A stretch of 64,000 bases of DNA from Ascidiella aspersa (GCA_963924565.1 OZ004607.1:33976001-34040000), one strand, 5' to 3'. Positions 13,158 to 27,078 are shown, numbered from the stretch's first letter. The notes: generated from the letters alone by a model not told the origin. A program made the numbers and translations.

Positions 13158-13775
13158 TATGTAGTCCGTGGAAGTAAATGGTCATTCAATAAAAGTTATT
13201 CGATATGCCATTCTGAAACAATATGAAATGAAAGTATACTTGTGTTTTCTGCAAACCATAGGTTTTATGTTTTGTCCAATAGCTTAAAAAATATTTTAGG
13301 CTTTGGTGAGTTATCTTTTTTGAATAAATGCATATAAAAATTACTTTTTTAAGTAATAATATTTAACCTTGGGTGCAATTTGCAGTATGACTAGGTATAC
13401 AAGTATTTGCTATTATACAAACACTGGCACTAAACCTAATAACGTTGCTGACTCAAGTAATGGTAATATATCAACGGAGTTACAAGGCTTCAAAGGGAAA
13501 ACTGGAAATTTATCGTAATCCTAAACTCGCATACAAAAACAGTAAACTTCATACAAAAGCATTAACTTTTGTTTAGGGGAATAACCGATTGTATTTCCTC
13601 TGCGTCGTAAATAAAATTTATAACCAAAATAAAACTATAACCCCTTTAAATGTTTTTTTTTATGAAATTAACTGACAAATTTTGAGCAATTTTATTCTCT
13701 GGTATTTTAACGAGATAGTACTACCGCAACAGCCTTCTATTTAAATTACTAAGTCAAACATTTGCTGCCTGAGAC

Positions 13776-13787
13776 AAATATGGCGCC
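13776..13787 (+). promoter_or_regulatory. YY1-like motif in the probable bidirectional promoter of COA5/GTF2H1
   Basis: caaatATGGCGc resembles AANATGGCG and lies between the two divergent genes. Motif match only. Confidence 0.3.
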
Positions 13788-13875
13788 CAAAACCTCGTTT
13801 TGAAAGACTACCATGTTTAGCCAAACCTTTTTCATGCGTGATGTTTTCAGTGTTAATCGAATCATCAGAACTCAG

Positions 13876-14078
13876 GGCGCTGGTCTAGAATCCTACCACA
13901 GTTCTAAAATCAACGCAAAAAATTTGAGTTAGGATGCGGGTTAGCGTTTGGGTGTGGGTGGGTCAAGTATTATTATATTCCAAATTTAATAATAATACTT
14001 GACCCACCTTAACCCAAACGCTAACCTGTACCCTAACCCAAATGGTGTTTCGTTGTGGTAGGATTCTAGACCAGCGCC
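13876..14078. mobile_element. Merlin-like MITE (203 bp) with perfect 8-bp TSD
   Basis: 25-bp TIR starting with GG. TSD GAACTCAG at 13868-13875 and 14079-14086. Confidence 0.9.
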
Positions 14079-14089
14079 GAACTCAGTCC

Positions 14090-15080
14090 CAGGGTTGCCA
14101 GATTGGCCTTTTTAAGGCCAAATTCCTCGAATTTGGCTTTTTTTAGAGTCGGTTGGGCGCTGGTCTAGAATCCTTATCCTACCACAACAAACACTATTTT
14201 GGATTTTCAAAGAATATAATAACACTTGACCCACCCACACCAAATGCTATTGCTAACCCGCACCCTAACCCAAATAATGTGCGTTGATTTCATAACTGTG
14301 GTAGGATTCTAGACCAGCGCCATCGGTTGGCTTAGGAATTATACATTTGGCCTTTTTCTAGATTTGGCCTTAAATTTGGCTTTTTTTAATTTACTCTTTA
14401 AATTAATCAATATTTTCTTATATATGAGAAAGCTCATCCATTACAGTTTTTTATACTTGCTATTTTTCGGGCTACTTTCAAAATTAGTTTTGTTACAATT
14501 TATTAAAATCAGCTTCAAGTCATAAATTATCTATAAATATGAATATTATAGACATTAATTTGGTATACAGAAACGTAATGTGTTCACTTTTTGATCGAGC
14601 GGTAGAACTCAACCGCTGGCTTACCAGTCACGCATGCTTTCAGAAAATCAGTTGTAGAGCAAGTGATTTGTGCTTTCGTAATTGAGTGCTTTTCAAATTA
14701 CCGTTATTTTGATGGTTTGTTATGGTATAAGTAAATTTGTCATTAAAAATCATAGATTTGTTACAAAGAATCTTCTTTTGTAACAAGTCTATTAATTAGT
14801 GTAGTAATATTCATTTAAATACATCATGAATTTAGCTTGATTCATTGACGACATTTTAATATTGACTGCTTTCATATTTGACTTTTTTATTAAAAGTGTT
14901 CAGCTCTGTTCGACGCTATATGACTTTTTCCTGTTGGACCATTTTTTTGCTGCCTAAGATAATTACCCACCTGATTTATAGGTATATTTTATTATTTACA
15001 ATAGAAACAGGCAAATGTCCATTTGGCCTTTTTTTGGTATTATTTTGGCTTGAAGACCGTTTCATAGTCTGGCAACCCTG
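14090..15080. mobile_element. Non-autonomous hAT-like element carrying a nested MITE
   Basis: TIR CAGGGTTGCCAGA / TCTGGCAACCCTG, TSD ctcagtcc/ctcagtct, subterminal TTTGGC repeats. Confidence 0.85.
14156..14321. mobile_element. Merlin-like MITE nested in the hAT element
   Basis: Same TIRs as the 13876 copy. TSD gtcggttg/atcggttg. Confidence 0.85.
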
Positions 15081-16238
15081 CTCAGTCTAATAGTGGTTGG
15101 CATTTGGCAACCTTTGCTGCTTAGTGGCTCTTTTTTATAAGCTCTTAACAACTGTGCACCCTGCTTATTAACACAACTACCTATAGCATTGCTTAAAATA
15201 TTTTATAATATGTTATTTGGACCGCATAGTTGATTGTAGTGTTGTAAGCAAATCATAAGTTCAAGCCTTTTAAAAAAAAGTCCCAGTCCAAGTCATCAGT
15301 TTGCCCAAGTTCCAGTTAATTCATAATTAGAGCAATCAACTTCAAGTCAAAGCCCTTTTCATGTAAACCATTCAAATAACGGTAACCATACAAATTGCTA
15401 AACTAGTACTATTATAAGCAATAACTTAAATAAAAATAGCTAAGCGCAGCGTATAGCAAGTATGCAAACAATCAGAAAATAACCAAATTATAAAAATGCT
15501 TTATGGGAGTCACTTAAGAGTCAAATCAAAGTCATTTATCCAAAACATTAAAGTCGTTTTAACACTGCAAAAATAAAATGGAATTTCATTCATATTAAAT
15601 TGCATGATTCACATTTAATTTACTATAAATTAAAACATTTAAGGAAAAAATACATCTCATAGTGTAACAATTTAGTTTATAATCCCAAAATAAAAACTAC
15701 ATAAAGTTTAACTGGCAAAAAAATTACATGAAACTAGAATTTCACACTATTACAATGAATCCAAAGCAAACTGTGGAAAATATGGCAAGTGCACGTACAA
15801 GTGTTTTTCCAACATGTTATACTAGCATACACTTTGACCTTTGGTGCACCCTGTTATTCTAATTGGAAAATAATGTATAAACTTTACTTAGGAAATATAT
15901 ATACTGTATAATCTCCTCTGTTAAACAAGCATTTAGTGAATTGCATGTTAAAAGATTATTATTCAGATTGTGATTTGTACTCAAAATTGAAAACTAGTAA
16001 AGCAATTGGGTTTCCACAGCAACTAACAAGTGTGTGAAATGTGTTTATGATTTATATATGATGTCAGAACGCATTTCACTGACAAAAATCAACTTGTACT
16101 ATGTTGATCTTCCAATGGTTGTGATCTCACTATGTTATGGAATCCAATTTATCTAAAAATTGAAATCCATATATCTACAGGTACTTCACCTTATTAATTA
16201 AAGTTAAGAGAAGTCATATTAAAATTACCCCGAAAAAT

Positions 16239-19200
16239 ATGGCTGCTTCCGAGCAAGTGCAGTTAATGGTGAACAGTATTCGGTATAAGAAGAGAGATGG
16301 AACTCTTTATTTAATGGGCGAACGCATCGCTTGGTGTCCGGATGGAAGGGATCAATTTGATGTCACCTTCAACTATTCGGATATAAAGTGTAAGTTGTAA
16401 ATGCAATTGTAGTAAGATTATCGAAGCCCATATAGAAGTAGGTATTATTTTAAGGCTTTCAATTTAATCTTTGTTCATTTTTAAAATCACAAAATAAATA
16501 AAGAGTGTAATTAAAACTTTTAAAATTCTACGGTAGTTCTGTATGGAATTTGATAATCTTGTTATGTCCTACTACATCATCCAACCATTATGCTCCAAAG
16601 TAAACACAAATAATTTTTGGCACTGGTCTACAATCCTACCACAACGCACATTATTTGGGTTAGGGTGGGGGTTAGCAGTTGGGTTTGGGTAGGTCTTGAA
16701 AGTAATATTATTAAATATAAATATTTTAACCCAAATATTGTCCGTTGAACTAACAATTTTTTGAACGCTTTGGTAGGATTCTAGACCAGCGCCCAATTTT
16801 TAGGTAAGTGTCTTGTTTTAAGAAAGCATGAGTGTATTCATCAAACAACTTATGTTAGTTGGTTTGGTTTTGCATGTTTTCCAGCTGAAGCTACCAAAAT
16901 TGTGAAATGTTATTGTAATTTTTTTGAAGGTCAAAAAGTAAGCCCGGAAGGAAAAGCAAAAATACAACTTCAAATAATTCTCCTCAAGTCAGATTCTTTT
17001 GTTTTTCATTTTGCACACACTGTGAGTAAGCAAATGTTTTATTTTTATAAAATAATACAATTTAATTTTGTATACGTGTTTTACATTAGAATCCGACAAC
17101 AGCAAAGGCTAAACGCGAAACTGTGAAGAATCTTCTTGCCCAGATGCTGCCTAAATTTCGAAAAAGAATTGACAAAGAACTAGAAGAAAAAAATAAGTAT
17201 GTAATGATTTAGGTTGAAAGTTCATGTTTGTAATTAAAGGTATTGTATAATATCATAGGATTAATATGTATTGTATAATATCATAGGAGGTCAGCTAAAT
17301 AAGTAATCATTAAACATCAATTAAAATACTGTTTTTATATAAACACTGACATTAACTTGAAACTTATCGCCTGTTTATAAAATTGACTTCACTCTGGTTT
17401 CACAAAGCTTGAGCCATCCGTATGGTAAAATGCTGGCCATTAGTCTTACTATGTTAGGAAGTTTGTATTGACTTCTGTGATTGATTTGACTGGCACCCCT
17501 TTCTTTTTTAAATTAAATTGGGTAATTTGGCTCATTTCAATTAAATCAAATTTTAGGTCTGACCTACAAATTTTCTTTGAAAAGTTTTAGATTTTTAAAA
17601 CACTTTGAATGAAATGGCCGCTCGAATTTCATTGTAATTTAGTAAATTTAACATTTTGGTTTTTGACTTTTGTCAGACTTCTTCAAACTGACCCAGAACT
17701 GTTTGGAACTTACAAAGACTTAGTAGTCAGTGGTATAATTACTGCCGAAGAATTTTGGTTATCGCATGCCAAGGTAAGATTTTGTGTTGTATTTTTACTT
17801 TCTATTTATCCTGTCAGTATTGCCTATTTTAAATTGTATATATTCAAAAAATATTTCTTTTAATAGCATAATGTCAATGCCTTTCTAAGAGCAAGCAGTT
17901 TACAATATTACTAGATAAATAGCTTGAAATTCTTAAATATATCTTCTTATGTTTCAAAAAGGTGAAAACATAAAAATGCTGTTATTTTTATTGTTTATTC
18001 GGATCTAATCCTGTTCCAACGCTACCAGTTTTTGGTCTTTTATCTGTCATAAGATACAATAGAACCACAAAGGGTAAAAAATATATAAAACAACTTTATT
18101 AAAAGATTTTGTTTTCGGCGTAAATGCAGTTTTCTATCTTTTATTAAAGTTGTTTTGGACATTTTAAACCTTTGTAGTTCATTTGACTCTTATGACATAA
18201 ATAAAAGATAACTGGCACTCTGGCAGTGTTGGAATTTTGGATTATTTCAAAAGATATCATTTTTTGTTATTTTTTTTGGCTTGCAAACTTTATTGTGAGC
18301 TTATGTTAGTCTAAAAGTATATTTTATGAGACAGTTACAAACAAATGTAGAAACTCTGGTATCTTTCAATTTCTTGTTAGAAATTGTCTTCAGAGGCCAG
18401 CACCCATCAGAGTGTTGGTGTATCAGCTTCATTTTTAGCGGATGTCCGGCCAACAGCTGATGGCTGCAATGGACTGAGATACAACCTTACAGCGGACACA
18501 ATACAATCTATCTTTGCAACATATCCTGCAGGTGAACTAAACATTTAACGAATAGCTGAAAAAGATTACTTAGAAATATGGCATTTGCAAAAAGTGGTTA
18601 AAGTTATGTTTAGTATTAGGAAAATTTATCCTATAAAATTGTATAACCCAAGAGCATGGAAAGTCCTTTTGTCGGTAGCACAGTAGTATTTACATTTATC
18701 ACCATGATTGTTGATATATACAGGGGCGTATTCAGAAATTCAAAAAAGGGGGGATCCCGAATTTTCAACTTAGGGAATTCCCCGGATTTTTTTGTCTGAC
18801 GTTAATGACGTCATAAAATAGTGACGGATATGACGTCATAAAATAGCGATGGTGATGACGTCATAAATAAGAAAAAAAATCATCAGAAACAGCCAATTAA
18901 CGTCCAGCAAAAGCGAACTTTTAGACGCAAAGCGAACACGTGCGTCGTCCACATTCCTGACAGGTGCCAGCTGCGAAACCGCTTAGTGTGCAATTGTTAC
19001 CTTCAGGAGAAAAACGAAAACAAGGCCGTGAAATATATGTGATTGATTTTGGTAGATCCACGTACGGGACTAGGCTACATTACAAGCACGTCTCGTCGTC
19101 TCTCGCCACCTGCAATACTAAACGAACATCGTTTTTCCCGGGTGTTTTTCGATTAGCGCGACATATAAAACTACTTCGAAGAAACGCAATACCTTTAATA

Positions 19201-22200
19201 GTTAGTTAATCTAGTTCAGAGTTTGATACCCTTTTTAAGTGAGGGCACAGCTGGCGAGCTAAGCGAGCGCGATTTTTTGTTTTGGTATAACGGCATTTCT
19301 TTTAAATTTCTTGCAAGTTTTTATTACATTGCCGAAAATAAAAAATGTTAAAAAATATATGTCCAATATTGCGCGAAAATTTTTCGCATTTACGTAGTTA
19401 AAATAGTCAAAAATATTTAAAATATACTCGTGTATAGTTTGTCAAAAGGGAGGGGCCCGATGAATTATATCGGCCCGCGGGCCGTAGGTTGCCGACCCCA
19501 GTCTTACACCAACATCTGATATTACTGCAGACTACAAACAGCGAGAAACATCAGCACCGCCTAACTCGACGTTTTCAGAGAGAAAAAGCGGAAACCGCTT
19601 GATTTATTATTATTAATTGTCGAACACACGCTTGCTGGTCAACCAACCCGAACGAATAACGAAAGGCGAAACGAAAAAATATCCTGCGTTTACGGTCGAC
19701 CGAACAAGAAACGAAAAACGGAGTTTTGCGTTTGATTTTGGTTTCGCATTAGCTTAAGACGCGTGACCCAATCACATTTGAAAACACGCAGCTTCGGACG
19801 GTGAGTTAAACCCTGACAAAAACGAACAAAGAACGATAATGTCACTTACGAAAAGGGGGGGTCCGAACCCCCAAAGAATTATATGTTTAAAACATAATGT
19901 TATTTTGAAAAAGACCAACCACATTATGCCCAATAAAAAAAATGTACAAAAATCATTGTGTTTCCATTGCAATCAAATCGTTCTTTAATTTAAATTGCAG
20001 TAAGAATATTGTAGCCTATATAGAAGTAACCTGTATGTAACATTTTGAATGTTTCAAATACTTTCATTCATTTTCAACATCTCTATTCATTTCAGAGATA
20101 TCTGAAACAGTAAAAATGCTACCTACTTCAAAATGAGCTTTGCATTCTCACTACAGCTAACTAAAACCTCCAACCATTATGCTCCAAAACTTGAAATATG
20201 TTACAGTAAAACGGAAATACCTTGACAAGGTTCCCGATAAACTGACAGAAAAGGAGTTCTGGAGTCAGTTTTTCCAGTCTCACTACTTCCATCGTGACCG
20301 GGTCAATCAGGGAAGCAGCAGCAGCAAAGACAAAGATATATTTTCCGATTGTGTAAAAAGAGACGACCAAGGTACGTTGCAAATAGCAAAAGTATACACA
20401 TCTGCAATTTGGTTGGTGACCTGAGCTATATACTGTAGGTGTTACGAAGAACATATTATGGAATAAATTCTGGTTAAAAAAACTTGAACTCTTGTTTGGG
20501 CAGCAGATAACAGCCGACCACAAAATGCGTTAACAAGCTTATCTACTTTCTAAAAAGAATAATTCAACAATGCTAAAGATAAAGCTAGAAGTTTACTGCA
20601 AAAACTTGAATTAGCCTTCTTTAATAAATAGTTTGTCAGTTTTGTATCTATGTAAGGTAGTCTTTTCTAGTAGCAAGTACCTTAAAAGTATTCCTTGTCG
20701 TTTGACTGACTTATTTGCCTCAATAAGCAAAATGGTGTTCTAAAGTTACATTCTATGCAATGGTGTTTAGAAAACCTGTGATAAGTATAACCGACTTACT
20801 TCCTTTCAGATGTTCTCACACTTCTGCAAGTTGGAGTAAAAGATCGTTTGAACAATCTGGATTATTTTGAAGATGACGATAGTACAAAAGCAGATGTAAG
20901 AACAACTTTAATAAACCTTTCTTGTCAATGGGGTGTTGATCTTCTAAAATCTAAATAGATATCAACCCCTATCACTTTTTGGACAGATAACCGATAACTG
21001 TTTTCTTTATGTTTATGCCAGGGGTTCTTAACCTTTTTTGTATGTTTTACCCTTTTAGCAAAGACGAATATCAAATTTACCCCCAATATATAAAATGATG
21101 CTCAATACATGACGTAACAATGAAGTAACTACGAGATAAAAAGTTTCAATTAGCGAAGCATAACGATACCGACACTAGACACGATAAAAAATCAATAGGC
21201 TAGTAAGGCTAGCTTTAAACTAGCAGTTAATCTGGCTTATAGAATAGAAAGTAGGCTACCAATACCTACAGCTGGCACAATAATTCTGTCCTGTCAACTG
21301 ATGTGGATATTTTGATTGATAGCTCATCTACCCCTTAAAACGAGGAAATTTTCACCATTGGGGTAAATTTACCCCAGGTTAAGAAAGGCTTTATACCAAC
21401 CGATCCCTGATACTGATTTTTCTATACCTTTGATGTGGTTATAATTCAATTTAATTGAAGGTGAAATGCAAATACCATTTAATTTATCTACTTAATAATA
21501 CAACTCTTTTTTTAATATTAAATTTGCACAATGCTAAACACTGTGAACTAAACGCTATGTTAAATCAGTCAGTATTGAAAACTAAGAAAAATAAAAAATT
21601 GAAAGTTAAAAAAAAAAAAATTTTGTTTGTGTTTCGGCAAACTATATTAACTTCATCTTTAAATATCGGCCAACATTTTTAGAAAACAGATATTTCTACC
21701 AATCTCAAATTCTAAAGGGACCAACATAGTTGTTGGATAATTTTATTTATATTTTAAAAGTATGTCCATTTCCTACTAGCTTTAATATTACCATTTTTTT
21801 AGGGTTATGGTTCTAATTTAGATCCATCTTTAACAAATAAAGCAAAGCCATCCAACACACAGCTAATCAACAAAAACATAATCAAGAGATTCAATCATCA
21901 AAACGCAATGGTGCTTTCAAGCAGTTCCAGGTTAGTAAAATGGAATTTAGGCAGAAAAATACTCACATAGCTGTTGGTATTTTCTAAGAAACCTGACACC
22001 CTAAAATGTTTTATTTTCTGATGAAACTAAATTTGTAGTTCAGAAGTGCATAACACTTAATATGGTCATGACTAGGGATGTCTGATACTAGGCATTTCAA
22101 TTCGAATCAAAATAGACAAAATTAAAACTTTAAAAAATCATTTAGCCAATTTATTAGGACAAAACTTGCTTTACCGTTAGGAAGTTTAGTTATATATAGT

Positions 22201-24779
22201 TGCTAACCTATATTTTTTTTAAATACCTTTTATATTGTAATCGCTGCGTTGAATCGGAAATCGTGGCTGAAATTCTTGTATTAATTTGATAACGGATCTG
22301 CACCAATACCTGGTATCAGACGAATACTGATGCTACCACTTGGCATCATGTATCGGTACCGATCTGATCCGATATTATCGCACATCACTAGTCATGGCCA
22401 CTTGAAGTTGTATATATCTGTATGTTATTTATGTTATTAATTTTAAATTCGTTAATGAGTTATTTTATTAAAATCAACTTTAAAAAATGAAAAAATATCT
22501 TTGATTTTCCAGCCTTGTGGGATCTCAAGCACAAGCGAATGGGGATTCGACAACTGAGGTGGACGGTGCTCCAAAAAGTAAAAGGGTAAGTAATAAGGAT
22601 AACTAATATAGTTGGATTGACACCAGTGTCCAATACACAAGGACAGACTTACCTTTTGCTAAGATCCCAAAATAAGCACGCTGCTCTGTGATGACGTAGT
22701 AGTTTACCACCTGTAATTATTTAATGCAAGCATTTACCTCATCCTTCCAGTAAAAATCGTAGGTTTAAAATTTCATACCAACAAAATTGTGTATATTTAT
22801 ACTTATAATCAGGATAACTAGTTAAAACGCTCTTAGAAGTAAAATTAAGACAAACTAACTACATGTTCTTTGTCGCACTTGTGAAAGTTAAATCATTGTG
22901 TGACGCCCTTGGAAAAGTAAAACGACCCACCAGAGCGTTACGACTGCAATTGGAGTCTGGTTTACAATAAAATGCCATTATCACATTGGTCGCGAATTTA
23001 ATTCCTGTGCTTATGCTTTCAGATGAAGGAAAGCTTGCAATACGAAGACTTGGATGCGCAAAACCAACAGAGTGAAGAGTCGCTCAACTTGCATCGTTCT
23101 GACAGGTTCGTTGCATCTTACCTTAAACGTTAAACATTATTTTTTTATCTATCCCCAAAAGATTCAAGTTTAGAAAAGGTTCCAATCATGATATAATGCT
23201 TAAAAATAATCAGAGTTTTTTTTTAGTCTCAAGGTATCAGTAAAGTGCATCTGTAGTTCAAAATACACGCTTAAATTTTGAGAGGGTTTTGTTGCATATT
23301 AGTAATAATAGAAGCATAATGGTTGGATTTTGGAGGTTGTGACAAGACGTATTAAGAATATCAAAGCCCATACAGACGTAGCTAGCATTTTAAAGGTTTC
23401 GAATAACTCTTTATTCTTTTTCAACATCCTGCAAATGAATAAAAGTGTTGAAAATGAATAAAGAGATATTCGAAACCTTTAAAAATCTACCTACTTCTGT
23501 ATGGGCTGCTATACTCTCATTACGAAATAATAAAAGAGAAAAGCGTATAGCTCTGCATTATTTTATGCCGACTTAAATTCGTTTTCCTGTCTAGGTAAAC
23601 GACTTGGCAGTAGAGATGTACGGCAAAACCCGATTCCAGGTTTACGTACTAAGGTTTTATGGTCGCCGATTCGACCACGAAGTACAATCGGCATTCAAGG
23701 GGTTAAAACGAAGCGTTTAACCCCGATAACTTATTAATGGTTTAGGATTTTAACGCTGTGGTAATTTATGGCTCAGTTTTACTTTGCTAAATTATTTCCA
23801 CACCAGGAACGAAATAACGCTATTTTTATTATTTTTCAGCATCAGCTTTGCAACAGAATACAAAATCCAGTCCTATTTACTTGGCAACCTATTCACGATT
23901 CAGCCATAATCGCTTCTGTGTCTCTTTAAACTAACGCTTTTCACTAACTGCGTGCAGATACAGCCACGGGCCTACCCTGGTCAACCACGTCCATCAGGAG
24001 CTGAACGGACGTAAAGTGATGGAAGGCGTACGACTCGTGCTGTCACAATGCACCAAGTATACACCTCGCCTTGCACAGGCAAGTATGCACTACACTTCAC
24101 AAAATGTTGTGACAAAAGCAGGGCTGCGCGGTCAGAGACGGACTTGGGACTCGACAGAGTCGTTTTTTTGCTGGAGTCGTACCCGGGACTCGAATAAGAC
24201 TACCCGAATTCCGAGTCCGACGTTCGCAGTGCAAAATTTTGAAACTGTAAATTGTAAAGGTGGACCAGCAAATAGCGAAATATTTTCCAACCTTGTATTG
24301 AGGGTGGAAGAATTATATGACACCCCACTTTGGGTTCACTTTTATGGCTGGAGTCAGACTCTGGTTATTTTTAACCGACTCTGCAGCCATGGCCAAAAGA
24401 ACCACCACCATGCAGACTTGGGCAACTAGATATTCCTATGAATTAGAGCAAAATGCAGCTTAGTCTTATTCTAATTTTAATATAACTTGTGACCTGCAGC
24501 TGAGCTCTAATTCTAGTTCTAATCTAATTGCGATCTTACCAAAAATGCTACATTTTCCAACGGCGTTATTAGTTTCTTACTCGAGACAAATAATTTAAAG
24601 TAAACTATTTAGTGAGAATAACTTGTAGGTGATTACAGCTTAAAAAGCATATGCTATATACTAAATCGTATAAAAAGTAGCACATAAATATTTAACATTC
24701 AAATTCTTATTAGAATAAATTTCAATTGAACAACATTATTCATTAATCTTTTAATGTAGCTGTAGTGTAAATTTTAGCT

Positions 24780-24812
<33 letters not shown>

Positions 24813-26569
24813 CAAATTCAGTCATTCCTATTATAATCAAAATCTAAGAAAGTAAAATCAGCCAATTCAAATCTAATTTAAAAAAAAAAAAATGCTGTAA
24901 TTTAATTTCAAATCTAATTTAAAAAAGCCAAAACAAATCCAGTTATCCAAACCTAAATAGAAGGTAGCCAAATCTTCGAACTTTTAACCTCTTAGGTGAT
25001 CGATGCTTCGCACGCTTCCGCAGCCCTGACCGAGCTCTCATCGGACCGAAGCCACCCGCAGCAGGGCTTCAAGTCGACCGACGCCGTGAACCGGGTACTT
25101 TCCCCGGCGCACCAGGACACCCTCCGCCAACTGTACCTTTCCGCTAGCGAGCTGGCCCGACACTTCTGGTCCTGCTTTCCTGCAACCTCGCCATTTCTGC
25201 AGGAAAAGGTAAAAGAATTACGCCCAGTTTTTCCACTTGTTTTTTAAGTTGTAGCATTTGTATTGAAGACATGAAATCGGCAAGGAATTCTAGCTCACGA
25301 CACCAAATTTACTATGTGGGGCAAAGGCAAGCCACATAAATTGCCTCTGGGTTGGCGAAATATATGAATGACATTGTCACGTTTTTATAACATTTTTTAT
25401 AGACACTGCTGATATAATGTTAAATACAAATGTAGGAAATAGGACTAACACCTAATAGTCGTAAAAACGTCCAAATCAGAATAAGTCCAAAACCCGTCGG
25501 AAAACGACCTTATGGGCCAAAAAAGGTCTATACAACCTCTTACCAAACCCCACCCCCCCTAACTTCATCACAAACTCCCCTAATACTTATGATGCTAAAC
25601 AAAAAAACTTTTGCCAAAAACATATAAAACTTGTTTGTTTTTTAGAAACAACTAGATCATATTTTCGTAGTAAAATATCGGCCAAAATTTACCGTTACAA
25701 AATATCGATATAAGAAAAATATCTGGCGATTATATCGGTAAACTGGGCAATCTCTACCTAAAATACTGTTGCCTTGTGTTGGTCTTATTAGGTTTCCCCG
25801 CTATTTGCCAAAGGTAGACGTTAGAATTTTTTTCCGCCACATAACCAACGGCTAATCTGGTTTTCACAAAACCTTCTTTCAGACGGTCCGAATGTGCAAG
25901 AGCATCGAAAGCTTCCACCAATCACGTGTGAGAGGATATCAGGATGAATTAAGGAGGAGCATGGTCCACGCAAATGTAATGACTCCAGTTTAAATAAGGC
26001 GTCGCCGTACGCTATTTTCGTTTGCCTATATGAAAAACAAATTCTCTGTATAGTGGCTAGGCTGCTAGTAGAACCAATTCTTGATTTTTTGTCATTTTTT
26101 GTTTTTTGTAAGTCCGATTTAAACGCTGTGTTCACGAAAGTCGTAATATCGACATTTGAATGACACGAATCTGCTTTCAGTTTAATATTATATTCACGAT
26201 AAAATATTGTACTGAAACAATATCAAGCTTTGGCCAACAGGACTGCGGGGTCGGACTCGGGACTCGAGTAAGGCGTATTTACATTACATTTGGCTTCAAA
26301 ACTAATTTCAGCAATTCAATATTGCAGTTTTTATGATATCTCGTAAAACAGAGAAATATTACAGAGTATTAACTGAGCAGAACAACTAACGCGTAGAACT
26401 CACGCTAATCAAAATAATATCAATACCGTCAAACCCTACAAAATTAGAACGTTATACCAACTATTCTCCTTTTGGTTTATTGCAGGTCACCGAACATCTG
26501 GAAGAAATGTTTAGCGCCATATATGCAAAGTTCAACGCCTGGCAAGCCAAGAGAGGCGGCCGAAAGTGA
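16239..26569 (+). CDS. GTF2H1: General transcription factor IIH subunit 1 (p62), 547 aa, 14 coding exons
   Basis: Exons 16239-16389, 16930-17021, 17090-17196, 17677-17773, 18381-18531, 20207-20371, 20810-20895, 21803-21930, 22513-22585, 23023-23105, 23958-24078 (GC donor), 24996-25208, 25883-25975, 26486-26569. PH domain ([28 protein letters not shown]), BSD domains ([26 protein letters not shown]) and RHFWSCFP. Confidence 0.96.
16619..16793. mobile_element. Merlin-like MITE in the first coding intron of GTF2H1
   Basis: TIRs ggcactggtctacaatcctaccaca / tggtaggattctagaccagcgcc. TSD taattttt/caattttt. Confidence 0.85.
18721..19875. mobile_element. Composite hAT-like non-autonomous insertion in a GTF2H1 intron
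   Basis: Starts CAGGGGCG, is CpG-rich, contains a TIR-like GGTTGCCGACCCC near 19487, and shares an inverted segment (cgagctaagcgagcgcgattttttg...cattgccgaaaa) with the 27079 element. The right boundary is approximate. Confidence 0.6.
22073..22390. mobile_element. TAGGGATG-family MITE (hAT-like); relatives near 26827, 29725-30073, 30925-31270 and 43698-44055
   Basis: TIR tagggatgtc / acatcacta, TSD gtcatgac/gtcatggc, CCGATA subterminal repeats shared across copies. Confidence 0.75.
23348..23524. repeat. Fold-back palindromic MITE-like element (~177 bp); relatives at ~16410-16460 and ~20000-20155
   Basis: The arm agcccatacagacgtagctagcattttaaaggtttcgaataactctttattc pairs with gaataaagagatattcgaaacctttaaaaatctacctacttctgtatgggct. 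Confidence 0.75.
24119..24391. mobile_element. MITE with CAGGGCTGC termini and GACTC subterminal repeats; fragments at ~26239 and ~37385
   Basis: cagggctgcg...ctgcagccatg ends with repeated gactcg/cgagtc motifs. Confidence 0.6.
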
Positions 26570-27078
26570 CGCTTAATTCTCACCTTTTCATTTCGCTTTT
26601 TTTTCTTCTTTCGCTTCTGCCCTAGGAAATTACCGCTCACCGACTGCCCACCGCTTCGTTTTTGCAATAAAACTCTTCTAAATTGAAATTTGGTGAGCTT
26701 GAACGAGGTTTTAAGTTCGCGGCACTGTTATAAACTTAACGGGATCTGAGAGACAGATTTTCCCTTAAATTTGTGCTGACGTCTGAGGCTGAAAATGGGG
26801 GCCGACTGGATGTGTATTGTGGATATTAGGGATGTCCGACACTTGACATTTTTTACCCCACATCCGACATGTTAGACCAAAAGGATCGCCATCTGGTCTG
26901 ATATTAATCATGTCAATATTATGCTCGAACAAATGAGATATATTAAATTAAAGGGTTCAAAGATAATTTTTCCGAGGCTATTAGGTAGAAATTTGCTTTT
27001 CAGTTTGATTACCACCCGTTGGTAATTTATGATCAAATTACAGTTCAAGGTAAAAAATCCTGCATTTTATGGCTAAAC

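Noticed and set aside
16655-16690. TTAGGG-like tracts as interstitial telomere
   Set aside because: Only 1-2 units, always inside the MITE arms.
24782-24812. Poly-T run as a retrocopy tail
   Set aside because: No adjacent retroelement body or TSD identified.
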